Shown here: one piece after another, positions 63,607-64,000 of the stretch
How positions within the stretch are numbered: the stretch's first letter is position 1
Layout of the letters: every line of letters starts with the position of its first letter
Source of the DNA: an uncultured Acidobacteriota bacterium
GTDB taxonomy: Bacteria > Acidobacteriota > Vicinamibacteria > Vicinamibacterales > SCN-69-37
Reading direction: 5' to 3'
Length of the DNA stretch: 64,000 bases
Assembly (NCBI GenBank): GCA_963730485.1
Contig: CAVSRY010000009.1
Location: forward strand, 101,941 to 165,940
Notes under the pieces: generated by a model
Seen by the model: the letters and a program-made list of their open reading frames with translations, nothing else
Databases searched by the model: none
What the model was told of the DNA's origin: nothing
Made by a program: the position numbers and the translations under genes

Positions 63607-63740
63607 CCGAGGCTCAAGCTGGGCTCGGGGCTTAGGGCTCACGGCTCAGGGCCGGCAGAATGCCTCTTGACCTTTCGCCTCTTGTCCTCTGCCCTTTACC
63701 CTCTGCCCTCCCGATGCCCTTTGCCCTCTGCCCTGTTGAG
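63607..63740. repeat. word arrays, family D (GGCTNAG) facing family H (CTGCCCT), partly complementary
   Basis: The left block is CTCAAGC TGGGCTC GGGGCTT AGGGCTC ACGGCTC AGGGCC. The centre is GGCAGAATGCC. The right block is ...TCTGCCC TTTACCC TCTGCCC TCCCGATG CCCTTTG CCCTCTG CCCTGTTGAG. GGGC/GCCC pairs recur every 7 nt. Confidence 0.7.
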
Positions 63741-63891
63741 TGCTATTCTTTCCCCGGTTCATCCCAGCCCACCCCCAAGCGACCGCATCCCAAGCTTCAT
63801 CGACCTGTGACAACCAACGTTCGTGGCGGCGCGAGCATTTGAGGACAATTCACCCTTTGGGTATCCCTGATTCCACACGCGAGGACAGTCC

Positions 63892-64000
63892 GTGGCTGTA
63901 CGTCTGTTCGTAGGCAACATGCCCTACGGGGCAACTGAAGCGGATCTCCGCACGCATTTCGCGGCGGTAGGAGCGCCGTCCCAGGTCGTGATTCCGGTGG
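63892..64000 (+). CDS. RNA-recognition-motif (RRM) RNA-binding protein, N-terminal part (runs off the right edge)
   Basis: GTG 63892 gives VAVRLFVGNMPYGATEADLRTHFAAVGAPSQVVIPV. RLFVGN-PY is the RNP-2 motif of bacterial Rbp proteins. Confidence 0.6.
   Translation, partial: MAVRLFVGNMPYGATEADLRTHFAAVGAPSQVVIPV

Overview
This is a GC-rich bacterial chromosomal segment (about two thirds G+C by eye, not computed). It is gene-dense and almost entirely housekeeping. The gene content suggests Acidobacteriota, but that is inference only: a VWFA-type protein of the acidobacterial kind, a FecR plus W/Y/G-rich protein, a SPOR protein, a split methylmalonyl-CoA mutase and three acyl-CoA dehydrogenases. 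I can support about 65 protein genes. They include nusB-ribH, pfkB-type kinase, mtnP, mce-meaB-ACAD, a dnaK-dnaJ-hspR-dnaC-like operon, mrcA, prfB, lnt, mobA-argS, rlmD-like, birA, nadC, valS, the two mutase subunits, HIT, ihf/HU, rpsA, cmk, rluB, scpAB, trpS, an M50 protease, uvrC, efp, hsp20, htrA, mpg, uvrA and a partial RRM gene. I saw no rRNA, tRNA, CRISPR array, transposase, prophage or recognisable defence system. Two window-wide phenomena dominate. (1) About half of the genes carry frame breaks in this sequence, and I count at least 60. Essential genes such as valS, argS, prfB and birA are affected, and where a junction can be pinned it sits at a homopolymer run. I therefore read the breaks as assembly or base-calling indels rather than real pseudogenes, and the long fusion ORFs in the track are artefacts of them. 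(2) Sixteen gene boundaries are occupied by arrays of degenerate 7-9 nt words, usually arranged as long imperfect hairpins. The arrays fall into a handful of word families that recur at distant loci, overlap stop codons, supply start codons without a Shine-Dalgarno, and in some cases are G-quadruplex capable. No feature type I know explains these arrays, and they are the most interesting signal here. Smaller items are the classical prfB +1 frameshift site, a HAIR-like operator on a TTGACA/TATCAT dnaK promoter, two strong non-array inverted repeats, a tandem pair of secreted paralogs and an in-frame TAG inside a FecR-like gene.
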